A stretch of DNA of 64,000 nucleotides from Candidatus Komeilibacteria bacterium (GTDB lineage: Bacteria > Patescibacteriota > Patescibacteriia > UBA1558): NCBI GenBank assembly GCA_048538275.1, contig JBLYPW010000003.1:15248-79247 (forward strand), in the 5' to 3' direction. The notes under the pieces are model-generated. The model was not told where the DNA came from. It searched no databases and saw nothing but the letters and a program-made list of their open reading frames with translations. Below, in pieces: positions 49,867 to 60,092 of this stretch (its first letter is position 1; the number at the start of each line of letters is the position of its first letter). A program made the position numbers and the translations under genes.

Positions 49867-50769
49867 TTAGTTTTCAAGGTTGAAACTTTGCAGTTTTGCT
49901 ATCCGTTCTTCAATGGGTGGATGAGTTGCTAGGGCGCGGGCAAACAATTTTTTTGTATTAGCCCAGGGACTGGCAATATAGAGATGAGCAGTCGCATTAT
50001 TAGCGTGGCGTAGAGGTTGGTTTTGTTGTTTTATTTTACTTAGTGCATTGGCTAGGCCAGCGGGATAGCGTGTTAACATGGCGCCTGCAGCATCTGCCAA
50101 ATATTCTCTGCGCCGGGAGATGGCTAGTTGGATTAGTTTGGCAAACAAGGGAGATAAAATAGCTAATATAATACCAATTATCAAAATGATACCACCGGCA
50201 TTATTATTGCGATTATTATTGTGACCACCCAGGCCGTATAGACGGGTGCGTAGTAGCCAGTCCGCAACCAAAGTAATCAAACCTATGCAAACGATAACTA
50301 TCATCATCAGACGAATATCATAATTTTGAATATGAGATAATTCGTGCGCTATGACGCCTTCTAACTCTTCATTGGCCAGCTGGTCAATGGCGCCGCTGGT
50401 GATGGCGATAGAGGCGTGCTTGGGGTCGCGTCCGGTGGCAAAAGCATTGATGGCCGGATCGTTGATAATATAAATTTTTGGTAATGGCAAGCCCGCGGTA
50501 ATGCACAAATTCTCTACCATCCGATAGACATAAGCATTGTCCTGCTTGCTAATTTGTTTAGCGCCAGCAGTGGCTAAAGCTACTTTGTCACCGCCATAAT
50601 AACTACTTAAAGACAAAAGCAAGGCAATAATTATTGCCCCTAAGAAAAAAATATAACTGCCATTACCATACCAAAGACTTATTATATAACCGAGCGCGCT
50701 GATTATGATTATAAATAATAGCAGTAAAAGCCAAGTTTTACGCTTATTGGCGGTGATTGCTTGGTACAT
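49867..50769 (-). CDS. htpX: Zinc metalloprotease HtpX (M48)
   Basis: NAFATGR, VIAHELSH, SRRREYLAD, THPPIEERI. Confidence 0.93.
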   Translation of the reverse strand: MYQAITANKRKTWLLLLLFIIIISALGYIISLWYGNGSYIFFLGAIIIALLLSLSSYYGGDKVALATAGAKQISKQDNAYVYRMVENLCITAGLPLPKIYIINDPAINAFATGRDPKHASIAITSGAIDQLANEELEGVIAHELSHIQNYDIRLMMIVIVCIGLITLVADWLLRTRLYGLGGHNNNRNNNAGGIILIIGIILAILSPLFAKLIQLAISRRREYLADAAGAMLTRYPAGLANALSKIKQQNQPLRHANNATAHLYIASPWANTKKLFARALATHPPIEERIAKLQSFNLEN

Positions 50770-50770
50770 T

Positions 50771-51322
50771 TTAGAACTTTATTTTTACCGGTTCTTTGCT
50801 TTCCGCTTCGGTAACAAAAAAATCGCGCGCCTTAAAGCCTAGCAGTTTAGCAATGAGATTGCTGGGAAAAGTTTGTAAGGCAATGTTTAGATCGCGGACA
50901 TTGGTATTATAAAAACGTCTAGCGGCTTGGATTTTATTTTCCGTATCAGTCAGCTCATCCTGCAATTGGAGAAAATTTTGATTAGCTTTGAGATCCGGAT
51001 AATTTTCCGATAGCGCGAAAATAGATTTGAGAGTAGCTGATAGTTCATTTTCCGCTTGAGCCTTGTCAGCTCCTTGAGCCTGCATGGCGGAGTTACGAGC
51101 TTTGATTACTTTGTCTAGTGTTTCCTGTTCATGTTTGGCATAACCTTTGACTGCCTCTACCAGATTGGGGATAAGGTCATAGCGTCTTTTTAGCTGGACA
51201 TCTATATCAGACCAGGCTTCTTGGCAGCGATTGCGCAAGTTTATCAATTTATTGTAAAGCGCGATTAACCAGATGATGACAAGCGCTATTATTATTAAAA
51301 TGTATTTTGTTATAGTGTTCAT
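50771..51322 (-). CDS. lemA: LemA family protein
   Basis: AWSDIDVQLKRRYDLIPNLV, ENYPDLKAN, AARRFYN. Confidence 0.95.
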   Translation of the reverse strand: MNTITKYILIIIALVIIWLIALYNKLINLRNRCQEAWSDIDVQLKRRYDLIPNLVEAVKGYAKHEQETLDKVIKARNSAMQAQGADKAQAENELSATLKSIFALSENYPDLKANQNFLQLQDELTDTENKIQAARRFYNTNVRDLNIALQTFPSNLIAKLLGFKARDFFVTEAESKEPVKIKF

Positions 51323-51331
51323 AGTTTTTTA

Positions 51332-51643
51332 TTATTCAATTGGTGGCGTTGGGACGCTATTATTATTTTGATTGGGGGCTGAGGTGGCCGGTTGTTGATT
51401 GTCTAATGGTGGCAAGGGAACTCCTGTTGTAGGGCTGTTTGGATCATTTGTTGGTGGGGAAACATTATTCTTGTCTTGATCATAACCAAGATCACCCTGG
51501 TATTTGTTAATGATGTCTTGCCCACTAGCCAAACCATTGCGATAGCCCCAATTATAGCCCCACAGGGTAAATAGTGCCAGCACTATCAGGCCGGCGATAA
51601 TGAACAGGGCAATGCTTTTGCTTGTCCAATTTGTATTGTTCAT
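51332..51643 (-). CDS. Small membrane-anchored Pro/Asn-rich hypothetical protein
   Basis: Single TM; first gene of the lemA-htpX run. Confidence 0.65.
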   Translation of the reverse strand: MNNTNWTSKSIALFIIAGLIVLALFTLWGYNWGYRNGLASGQDIINKYQGDLGYDQDKNNVSPPTNDPNSPTTGVPLPPLDNQQPATSAPNQNNNSVPTPPIE

Positions 51644-51658
51644 AGGATTATTTTTATC

Positions 51659-51706
51659 TTGTCGTATTTATGAATATATTGTATAATAAAGTCAGTAACT
51701 AGTCAA
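51659..51706. promoter_or_regulatory. Overlapping divergent promoters
   Basis: +: TTGTCG-17-TATAAT (51659-51687); -: TTGACT-17-TACAAT (51706-51678). Confidence 0.6.
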
Positions 51707-51739
51707 AAAAATTATTATTTTATTAGTAAAATCAAAATT

Positions 51740-53260
51740 ATGAGACAAAGCAAATTTTTACTGTTGTTTTTTGCCTTTGCTCTGCTTTTATTTTTACCGC
51801 AAGGCAGCAATGCGGCGTGGTCAGATCCAACTTGTGCTCCCCCTGGTTGCAATCGGCCACAACCAATTACAGTGGAAGGGGGTACTATTCAGTCCGGTAG
51901 TTTAAATCTGTCTAATGGCGTTCCACTTCAAGCTGGCGACATAAGTGTAGATGATTCTGGTATTACCGTAGGAGCGAAATTGGTTCCCAATGGCGGCTTA
52001 TCTGGGTATGATGATAAGTATCTTGTTTGTAGCTGGGACAGCGGTGCAGAACAATTGGTATGCACGGAAGAATCCTTAGGAAAAACCGCTCACACTTTAG
52101 CAAATGATTTATTGGTTGCTACTAATAATATTTTACTGACCAATGATGGTATTTTAAATATGACGGGGGGTAATAATAGAATTTATATAGCAGAGGGTGG
52201 GGAAGGCGTTGGTGGTTATGGTTTGTATAGCCAAGCCCACAGTATTGCAAAGGAGGTAGAGTCTATAGAGTCTTACAATAGCGCTGTTCATGGCAAGTCT
52301 GCTGACACCACTACTGCGGCTAAGTTTGTGAGTTATGGTGTAATAGGACAGGCATTAGCCGGGTCTAATAGTATTGGTGTCTATGGCACGGCGCCGGCTG
52401 CTGGTTTCGGTGTTTACGGTTATAATAGTGGCGGCGCATCTGCTACCGGTTATGCTGGTTATTATTATGGCAATTTTAAAGTGAAATTACCCCGTTCTGG
52501 TGGCTTGGGCAATGCTTTTATAGTGCAAAGTGATTGGGGCAGCGGTGTTGTGCCGCAGGTGATTACCATAGAACCTTCCAGCACCAGTGGTACGGATAAT
52601 ATTTTCTTTGATGGTGATGTTTATATTGGTGGCGATACGCGAGGCACGCATCAAATTTGTTTGAATGATAGCGGTAATGGGCAAAATTGTGTTAGTAGTT
52701 GGGATGAAGTATCTGGCCAGGGTACGGGTAATGCTGTATTCAAAACCGTAGACGTGCCCACTGGTACTGATCCGGTCGCTGATAATGCGGCTGATATTTT
52801 AACAGTTAGTGGCGATACAAATATTTTAGTTTATGGCAATGCTTCTATAGATAGCATCGGCATTTCTTTAAATAGTAGTTTGAGCAATATAGTAGCGGTT
52901 AACGGTGAAATTGATGATTATCTTTATCTTAATGGCGATGATAAGTTTGGCGTCCAAGTTTATGACGCTTTGTTGGTTGATGGTAATGTGACAGTCAATG
53001 GCTTGTCAGCTAATTGTGATAAGGTGACTACTGATGGAAATAAAATTTTAACTTGTGGCACAGATGCAGTAGATGATGCGGATAGCAGTTCAACTAATGA
53101 GATTCAGGGCTTGGGGGATGTTACTAAAATAGATAGCATGACTAAAGACGACATTACTACCGGCTCTATTACTATTAATTCTGCTACGGGACAACTATGC
53201 ATTGGTACTACGTGTATGACGGAGTCTGATTTGATAGATCTTCTTAAGTTACTTAAATAA
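51740..53260 (+). CDS. Secreted Gly-rich beta-repeat (fibre/adhesin-like) protein
   Basis: Signal peptide; WSDPTCAPPGCN; GVYG/GVIG repeats; ICLN..CV.SW and LCIG.TC motifs. Confidence 0.65.
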   Translation: MRQSKFLLLFFAFALLLFLPQGSNAAWSDPTCAPPGCNRPQPITVEGGTIQSGSLNLSNGVPLQAGDISVDDSGITVGAKLVPNGGLSGYDDKYLVCSWDSGAEQLVCTEESLGKTAHTLANDLLVATNNILLTNDGILNMTGGNNRIYIAEGGEGVGGYGLYSQAHSIAKEVESIESYNSAVHGKSADTTTAAKFVSYGVIGQALAGSNSIGVYGTAPAAGFGVYGYNSGGASATGYAGYYYGNFKVKLPRSGGLGNAFIVQSDWGSGVVPQVITIEPSSTSGTDNIFFDGDVYIGGDTRGTHQICLNDSGNGQNCVSSWDEVSGQGTGNAVFKTVDVPTGTDPVADNAADILTVSGDTNILVYGNASIDSIGISLNSSLSNIVAVNGEIDDYLYLNGDDKFGVQVYDALLVDGNVTVNGLSANCDKVTTDGNKILTCGTDAVDDADSSSTNEIQGLGDVTKIDSMTKDDITTGSITINSATGQLCIGTTCMTESDLIDLLKLLK

Positions 53261-53276
53261 TGTTTTGTTTTTTTAG

Positions 53277-54743
53277 TTGATGAAAATTATCACTCACATT
53301 TTTCACTATTTATTAATTTTGGTTTTGGGTTTGGCAGCGATTGTTTGGTGGTTGATTGCCAGCCAGCCCAGTATTCAGGCTGCCTTGGATAATGGCGAGA
53401 TTACGGGTTGGGGATGGACTGATACAGTGGGTTGGATATCTTTGAATTGTGAAAATGTTTATGCCGGTGAAAATCAAGGCCAATTAAGCAGTCATTGTGA
53501 TGACAGCAATTATGGCGTGATTATTGATCCAGATAGCGGTGCTATTTCTGGCCAAGCTTGGTCTTCCAATATAGGTTGGATTGATTTTAATCCAACGGTC
53601 GGTGAGTCTAGTATTGGCTCTCTACCTACCATAACCGGCGGCGATGATTTTGCTTATCCCGTAGCCATGGATTCGGATACTAAGGAATTGTCAGGTTGGG
53701 CGGTGGCTACTTTTTCTGATTTTGATCCCAATAATAATGCCTGGATACGATTTAGAGCGGGTAATACTTGTGATACTAGTGTGACGCCGGCAGAGGATAC
53801 TTATTGTGTGCGGCAGAATGACGCCGGTTATCTCGTTGGCTGGGCGTGGAGTGGTGGTGACAATGGTTTGGGTTGGATTCGTTTTGAGCAGACTTTTTCC
53901 GGTGGCCCTTATGTGAAAACAGAATATAGCGACGTATATAGCGGCGGCGATATCAGAGGCTCTCGTGCGCCAGAAGGCGAGTATAATGCTACTTATTGTA
54001 TTATTTCTCAGAGTTCTGCCAGCAATATCACCTTATCCAGTAGCAAAGCTTGTTTGGTAGGCAATATTGATTTAGATTTTCCCAGCACTACCAATACCTA
54101 TAGCACGTCTATAGTAGAGATTGATTTAGATGATTTGTCGTCTCAAGCCACTAACAATGACACTTATTTTGATATTACCGAGGGTACGAGTTATGACATT
54201 AGTCAAAATTTATTAAATAATGGAGCTTTGAATGGAGCGGTTTATTATTTTACCAGTAGCGATGATAGCGTCAGTCAGTGGCGTTTATCAGAGGCGCGAG
54301 CTTTTAGTGATGCGGTGGGCCCAAATATTAGTGGCGAGGGAACTATAGTAATAGATGGCGATTTGTATATTGATCAAGCTTTGACTTATAACCCCGGTAC
54401 GCCTAGCGACCTCAGCCAGATTGCCTCAGTGGCTTGGATTGTTTTGGGCAATGTTTACATTGATCCTGCCGTTAGTGAAGTGGTTGGCACCTATGTGTTA
54501 TTGGGTGATGGCACTATTGCCAGCGGCAAATTATTTACTGGTGATGATTCTTCTTTAAACGACGGTGTCGGTAATCAGTTAGTATTTTCTGGCATGGTGA
54601 TAGCTAAAGAGATAGATTTTCAACGTAAATATTTTGTTGGTTTGAAAGCAGCGGAGGTATTTAGTTATGATGGTCGTACCTTGGTAAATACGCCCCCTGG
54701 TTTGCAAAACTTAGCTGGCTATCTGCCCAGTTGGAATAGGTAG
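53277..54743 (+). CDS. Secreted protein with GWAW...GWI repeats (pilus-associated?)
   Basis: Four G(W/Q)(A/G)(W/V)...(G/A)WI.F/L repeats; C-terminal beta-helix-like region ending YD...PPG; directly upstream of pilM. Confidence 0.65.
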   Translation: MMKIITHIFHYLLILVLGLAAIVWWLIASQPSIQAALDNGEITGWGWTDTVGWISLNCENVYAGENQGQLSSHCDDSNYGVIIDPDSGAISGQAWSSNIGWIDFNPTVGESSIGSLPTITGGDDFAYPVAMDSDTKELSGWAVATFSDFDPNNNAWIRFRAGNTCDTSVTPAEDTYCVRQNDAGYLVGWAWSGGDNGLGWIRFEQTFSGGPYVKTEYSDVYSGGDIRGSRAPEGEYNATYCIISQSSASNITLSSSKACLVGNIDLDFPSTTNTYSTSIVEIDLDDLSSQATNNDTYFDITEGTSYDISQNLLNNGALNGAVYYFTSSDDSVSQWRLSEARAFSDAVGPNISGEGTIVIDGDLYIDQALTYNPGTPSDLSQIASVAWIVLGNVYIDPAVSEVVGTYVLLGDGTIASGKLFTGDDSSLNDGVGNQLVFSGMVIAKEIDFQRKYFVGLKAAEVFSYDGRTLVNTPPGLQNLAGYLPSWNR

Positions 54744-54789
54744 AGTTTGCTCAATTAGTTAGAAAATTTATAAGTTGGTAATTTTCAAG

Positions 54790-55932
54790 ATGGGACTTTT
54801 CTCCAAAACAAAAACTTATGTCGGCGTTGATGTTGGTACCGCTAGTATTAAATTGGTACAATTAACACACGATGGAAAAAATATTAAGCTGGATACTTTT
54901 GGTTATGTTGATGTAGCCAATGATATTATTCATGACAATACTCCGGAAAGTAAAACTAAGTTAATTAGCGTTCTGAAGTCTTTGCTTGCCAAAGCGGGTG
55001 TTACCAGTAAGCAAGCCATTGCTGCTTTACCTACTTTTGCTGTTTTTACTTCAATTATAAATTTACCGAAACTGCCTGGTAAAGAATTAACGTCGGCTAT
55101 TAATTGGGAGGCAAAGAAATATATTCCCTTGCCGTTGGAAGAAATGGTATTGGACTGGAAGATGGTAGATAATGATTTGGCGGAGGAAAAGAAAAAAGAT
55201 GATGGTTGGCAGCTGTTTAAAAAGAAGGAAGAAAATGCGGATAGTATCACGTCCGAACAACCAGAAGTCAAAGACAAGATTATTTCTAAACAGCAGGATT
55301 ATATAAAAGTTTTGATAACCGCCGCGCCCAAAAGTTTGGTGAATAAATATGTAGAAGTTTTTCAAGGCGCGGGATTGAATTTGGTATCTTTGGAAACCGA
55401 GGCCTTTGCTTTGAGCAGGTCTTTATTGCCGCAAGATGGCCAATTGGCTATGATCGTGGATATTGGTTCTATTACCACGGATATTTGCGTGATCGCCAAC
55501 CGCATTCCCGTATTAAATCGTAGTATAGATGTAGGCGGCTTGACTATCACCAAAGCGATTGCCGCTAGCTTAAATGTCAGCCAAGAAAGAGCAGAGCAGT
55601 TTAAGCGGGACTTTGGTTTGGTTTTGGGCGAAGCACAACGTGGTATTCCCAAAACAATTGAAGCTTCACTGGGCCCGATTATCAATGAAATAAAATATGT
55701 TTTTGATATGTATCGTAGCCAATCGGCGCGCGGTATAGAGAAAATTTTATTAGCTGGCGGTTCTTCAGAATTGCCTAATTTGACTGATTATTTTGGTAAT
55801 TTATTCAAAGTGCCTATTTATATTGGCAATCCTTGGGTAGATTTACAATATGCTGATGAGCTGCAACCCATGCTTGATCAGATCGGTACCCGCATGGCAG
55901 TGGCCATTGGCTTGGCACGGCGTGATCTGTAA
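54790..55932 (+). CDS. pilM: Type IV pilus assembly protein PilM (start re-called to MGLF)
   Basis: VGVDVGTASIKLV, EAKKYIP, VDIGS, LLAGGSS, VAIGLA. Confidence 0.92.
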   Translation: MGLFSKTKTYVGVDVGTASIKLVQLTHDGKNIKLDTFGYVDVANDIIHDNTPESKTKLISVLKSLLAKAGVTSKQAIAALPTFAVFTSIINLPKLPGKELTSAINWEAKKYIPLPLEEMVLDWKMVDNDLAEEKKKDDGWQLFKKKEENADSITSEQPEVKDKIISKQQDYIKVLITAAPKSLVNKYVEVFQGAGLNLVSLETEAFALSRSLLPQDGQLAMIVDIGSITTDICVIANRIPVLNRSIDVGGLTITKAIAASLNVSQERAEQFKRDFGLVLGEAQRGIPKTIEASLGPIINEIKYVFDMYRSQSARGIEKILLAGGSSELPNLTDYFGNLFKVPIYIGNPWVDLQYADELQPMLDQIGTRMAVAIGLARRDL

Positions 55933-55938
55933 AATATT

Positions 55939-56790
55939 ATGGTAGATTTTTTAGATAAAAAAGATAATAAAAAAATAGAAAAATCTGACACTAAAGGATG
56001 GTCAGCTCGTTTATTGCAGCCATTGCATAAAAAAGATCAGGCTGGTAAAGATTTGACTGTTGATTTATTAGCTGCCGGACAAGGTCAGGCCGGCGCGGAT
56101 AAAATAAAAAAACCAGCACCCAAGCAAAATAAAAATGCCGCTGATGATAAGGGGGCAAAGTTAAAAGTAAAGGCCGCCCCAACAAGTCGGCCAAAAGATG
56201 ATGACGATGAAGAGGGTGGTTTTGAGGTCAATTTGTTGCCCGCCAGTCTTGGTTTTCAGTCCAATAAAAAAATATTTTTACAATTGGCCGGATGGGCTTT
56301 GTTGGCTATTTTAGTGGTGGCTGGGATATCTATAATTATTTCTATTTATGGGCAGTCTATCAGTGATGAGGCCATCAGTTTGCAAGAGGAAATAGATTAT
56401 CTAGATGCGCAAAGTCGCCAATACAATCAAGCCTTGGCTTTAGGCACTACTTTGGAGACCAAAGCAACAGCCGTTGACACATTATTACGGTCTCACATTT
56501 ATTGGACAAATTTTTTTACTGCTTTAGAAAAAGTAACCTTACCCAAAGTTTATTATCAAGGTTTTACTGCTAGTATTATTAGCTTGGATATAAATTTAAG
56601 TTCTTTTGCTCCTACTTTTACCGATGTAGCCAGACAATTAGTAGCTTATGAAAAATTTCCCCAAGTATTCAGTAATTATAGTGTCAGTGAAGCTTCTTTG
56701 AGTAAAGGAGTGGGTGTAAATTATACAGCTCGCGTGACATTGGATCCCACCTTATTTTACGATGCAGCTTTTATTATCACACCAAAATAA
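55939..56790 (+). CDS. PilN-like protein
   Basis: EVNLLP motif, TM, coiled coil, HIYW; position after pilM. Confidence 0.7.
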   Translation: MVDFLDKKDNKKIEKSDTKGWSARLLQPLHKKDQAGKDLTVDLLAAGQGQAGADKIKKPAPKQNKNAADDKGAKLKVKAAPTSRPKDDDDEEGGFEVNLLPASLGFQSNKKIFLQLAGWALLAILVVAGISIIISIYGQSISDEAISLQEEIDYLDAQSRQYNQALALGTTLETKATAVDTLLRSHIYWTNFFTALEKVTLPKVYYQGFTASIISLDINLSSFAPTFTDVARQLVAYEKFPQVFSNYSVSEASLSKGVGVNYTARVTLDPTLFYDAAFIITPK

Positions 56791-57494
56791 TGGTAGAACA
56801 AAAAGAAAAAAATGAGGTCAGTGTTTTGAATATAACTCTCAATAAGTATAAGAGTATTTTTGCTATCGTGACAGTGGTAATTATTGTTTTGGTTGGAGCT
56901 GTCTTGGTGTGGTGGCCGGCTTGGCAAACTATCAATCATGATAATCAAAACCGAGTGCCCCAGTTACGCGCGGATCGCGACAGTAAAGCCAATTATTTAC
57001 AACAATTGAAAAGACTTGACCAACGTTTACAAACTTTGCAACGATCAGGAGATGATTCTATTGCTGTATTAGACGAGATATTGCCTAGCCAGGCTTCCGC
57101 GCAGTTACTTTTTGTAGCCATAGAAAATATGGTACAGCAAGCCGGCTTTGCTATGCAGAAAATCACCGTCACTGAATCCAAAACAGATATTAATGATTTG
57201 GCAGAATTTCAGACGCAAGATTTTATGAGTTTACCCGCCTTACCAGATCAGGTGAAAGCTTTGGATGTCAACATTATAGTGGAAGGCGGTGGTTATAATC
57301 AGTTTAAAAATTTATTGGCCAGAATTGAGCGCGATAGTCGTTTATTTAATATCATTACAGTAAATTTTGCGGCTTTGTCTGATCGGGGATATGTTAATGA
57401 GCAAGGTGATGAGGTGGCTAGTAAACAATATTCTTTTAATTTGCGGACTTATTATTTGAGTGATAACAATGCTGAAGCAAAAGGGACCAAGTAA
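56790..57494 (+). CDS. PilO-like protein
   Basis: TM, coiled coil, ILP, GGY..FK.LL.RIE...RLFNI, RTYY. Confidence 0.7.
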   Translation: MVEQKEKNEVSVLNITLNKYKSIFAIVTVVIIVLVGAVLVWWPAWQTINHDNQNRVPQLRADRDSKANYLQQLKRLDQRLQTLQRSGDDSIAVLDEILPSQASAQLLFVAIENMVQQAGFAMQKITVTESKTDINDLAEFQTQDFMSLPALPDQVKALDVNIIVEGGGYNQFKNLLARIERDSRLFNIITVNFAALSDRGYVNEQGDEVASKQYSFNLRTYYLSDNNAEAKGTK

Positions 57495-57804
57495 AAAGAA
57501 AAATATTATATTGATATCTATTTTAGGCATCTCTGTTTTGGGTATTGTTTTTATGCTCTGGCAGCAAAGCGCCCCGGTAAGCGTTCCAGAAGTGGAAGAG
57601 GGCGGATCCTTGTCTACTGATTTTATTCTCAATCGTAAGATAAAAAAAGTAAAATCTATTTTACAGTCTTTGGATTTTCCTTTTATAGAATATGATGTTT
57701 ATAAAAGACTGAGCAAACCAGTGCCAGTACCCGAGGTGACAGACGATGAGGTGGGCAATGATTTACCTTTTCAGATACAAGAATTTTTTCCTCAATCTTT
57801 TTAA
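57469..57804 (+). CDS. Small membrane-anchored pilus protein (PilP position)
   Basis: TM; GNDLPF C-terminal motif; located between pilO-like and pilB. Confidence 0.55.
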   Translation: MLKQKGPSKKKNIILISILGISVLGIVFMLWQQSAPVSVPEVEEGGSLSTDFILNRKIKKVKSILQSLDFPFIEYDVYKRLSKPVPVPEVTDDEVGNDLPFQIQEFFPQSF

Positions 57805-57813
57805 ATTATAATT

Positions 57814-59589
57814 ATGGTAAATAAAGTAACAAAAGATAGTCCTTTATTGGATAAGCTTTTGGAGAAAGGCTTGATAAGTAGCCAGCAGTACAGTGAAGTG
57901 ATGGCTAAAAAAGAAGCCGGCAATGCTTCGGTAGAAAGAATTTTACAAGAAGCTCAGCTGGTGAGCGAGGAAGAGCTGACTCGTGCCAAGGGAGAGGTTT
58001 TGAATGTGCCTTATGTTGATTTGCATGAGGCGGTTATCAATCAGCAGGATTTACGTTTTTTGCCTCAAAATTTGGCGCAAAATTATCAGATGATAGTTTT
58101 TGCTATTAAAGATAATCAATTGCAAGTTGGCTTGGTAGATCCGACCAATTTTCAAGCCCTAGAAGTTGTAGAATATTTAGCACGCAAAAATAATTATAAA
58201 GTAAAATATTATATTATTTCTCGCAGTGGGTTTGTTTGGGCTAGCAAAAAGTATGAATCATTGAAACAGGAAGTAGGTGAAGTACTGGGTGAAGCGGAAG
58301 AAAAATTTTCTCAGCGTCGCTCGGTAGCCAAAGGCATTAAATTGGATAAGGTAGAAGGTGATTTGGAAGATATTATTAAGTCTGCACCGGTATCAAAGAT
58401 GGTTTCTGTTATTATCCGTCACGCCGTGGAAGGCAAGGCTTCTGATATTCATATTGAGCCGGTTGGTGACGGTTCTCGCGTGCGTTATCGTATTGATGGC
58501 ATTTTGCATACTTCTTTAACCTTGCCCGAATATGTTCATTCCGCGATCGTAACGCGTATCAAAGTATTGTCAAATTTAAAAATTGATGAAACTCGTATAC
58601 CTCAGGATGGTCGTATCCGGCTTGATATCAATGATCGTGATGTGGATTTTCGTGTTTCCACTATTCCGCTGGTCGGTAAAGAAAAGGTAGTGATGCGTAT
58701 TTTAGAATCTCCGGACAAAGCTCCCACCTTGGAAGATCTTGGATTTATTGGCCATTATGCCACCATTCTCAAGCGGGAATTAAAAAAACCAAACGGTCTG
58801 TTTTTGGTGACTGGACCAACTGGGTCTGGTAAATCAACCACCTTATTTGCCACTTTAGATATTTTAAATCGTGAAGAGGTCAATATATCTACGCTGGAGG
58901 ATCCGGTTGAGTATTTTGTGCCGGGCGTCAATCAATCACAGGTGCATCCTGAAATCGGTTATACTTTTGCTTCTGGTTTGCGTTCTTTATTGCGTCAGGA
59001 TCCGGATATTGTCATGGTGGGTGAGATTCGTGATGGTGAAACGGCAGAGCTAGCCATACACGCTGCTTTGACCGGTCACTTTGTATTATCCACTTTGCAT
59101 ACCAATGACGCTCCCGGAGCTATTCCTCGTTTTCTTGATATGGGAGCAGAATCATTTTTATTGGGTTCAACTTTAAATGTTATTATAGCGCAACGTTTGA
59201 TTCGTAAAATTTGTGATAAATGTAAAGAGGAAATTCAAATTCCACCCGAGGCTATGGCTGAGGTGAAGGCGGAGGTTAGTAAGATCAAACCGGAGTATCG
59301 TTATGATGGTATTGATTTGGATAATATGAAATTTTATAAAGGCAAGGGTTGCCATTATTGTGGTGATACTGGCTATAAAGGACGTTTTGCCATTGCTGAG
59401 TTGATTGCCATAAATCAGACGATGCGCGAAATTATTACGGAGGAGTTTGATCAGGAAGCTTTAGAAAAAGAATTAGAGCGTCAAGGATTTTTCCCTATGA
59501 AAACGGATGGTTTTATGAAAGCATTGCTGGGCATTACTACCGTGGAAGAGATATTGCGCGTTACTCGTCAAGAAGAAGCAAAAGATTAA
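57814..59589 (+). CDS. pilB: Type IV pilus extension ATPase PilB/GspE (paralog 2)
   Basis: MshEN-like start, ASDIHIEP, PQDGRI, GPTGSGKST, LEDPVEY, TGH..LSTLH. Confidence 0.93.
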   Translation: MVNKVTKDSPLLDKLLEKGLISSQQYSEVMAKKEAGNASVERILQEAQLVSEEELTRAKGEVLNVPYVDLHEAVINQQDLRFLPQNLAQNYQMIVFAIKDNQLQVGLVDPTNFQALEVVEYLARKNNYKVKYYIISRSGFVWASKKYESLKQEVGEVLGEAEEKFSQRRSVAKGIKLDKVEGDLEDIIKSAPVSKMVSVIIRHAVEGKASDIHIEPVGDGSRVRYRIDGILHTSLTLPEYVHSAIVTRIKVLSNLKIDETRIPQDGRIRLDINDRDVDFRVSTIPLVGKEKVVMRILESPDKAPTLEDLGFIGHYATILKRELKKPNGLFLVTGPTGSGKSTTLFATLDILNREEVNISTLEDPVEYFVPGVNQSQVHPEIGYTFASGLRSLLRQDPDIVMVGEIRDGETAELAIHAALTGHFVLSTLHTNDAPGAIPRFLDMGAESFLLGSTLNVIIAQRLIRKICDKCKEEIQIPPEAMAEVKAEVSKIKPEYRYDGIDLDNMKFYKGKGCHYCGDTGYKGRFAIAELIAINQTMREIITEEFDQEALEKELERQGFFPMKTDGFMKALLGITTVEEILRVTRQEEAKD

Positions 59590-59601
59590 TAATATTAGCT
59601 T

Positions 59602-59979
59602 ATGAACAATAAAGAAACAATTTTATTAATAGAAGACGATAGCTTTTTATTGCAAATGTATGCCACCAAATTAGAGCTGGCAGGCTTTGCTGTGGAAGTG
59701 GCTAGCGATGGCGCTAAGGGATTACAAATGGCCGGCAAGATTTTACCCGATTTAATACTATTAGACTTGATCATGCCCAAGATGGATGGTTTTGTGGTAT
59801 TGGAGGCTTTGAAGAAGAATGATAACACTAAAGATATACCCGTGATTATCTTGACCAATTTAGGACAACGGGAGGATGTACAAAAGTGTTTGGCTATGGG
59901 AGCGGTGGATTATATGATTAAGGCGCATTATGTTCCGGCTGAGGTGGTGAGCAAGATTAGAGCGGTATTGGGCCAATAA
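59602..59979 (+). CDS. Single-domain response regulator (CheY/PilH-like)
   Basis: ILLIEDD, LILLDLIMPKMDG, VIILTN, YMIK. Confidence 0.92.
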   Translation: MNNKETILLIEDDSFLLQMYATKLELAGFAVEVASDGAKGLQMAGKILPDLILLDLIMPKMDGFVVLEALKKNDNTKDIPVIILTNLGQREDVQKCLAMGAVDYMIKAHYVPAEVVSKIRAVLGQ

Positions 59980-60008
59980 TAAATTATGAATGATACGGAT
60001 GATAACTC

Positions 60009-60046
60009 TGCCCCGCCCCGTCAGCTTGAGCTGACGGGGCGGGGCA
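60009..60046. repeat. GC-rich palindrome related to the MITE termini
   Basis: TGCCCCGCCCCGTCAGCT-TG-AGCTGACGGGGCGGGGCA. Confidence 0.85.
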
Positions 60047-60092
60047 AGCTAATAAGTTTTAGATTTTAATTATTTAATTTTTTTATAGGCAC

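Noticed and set aside
49866-49881. AACCTTGAAAACTAAC at the htpX 3' end, identical to the boxA-like leader of the gene at 39889
   Set aside because: Lies in coding sequence (NLEN-stop) with no hairpin or SD context; probably chance in AT-rich DNA
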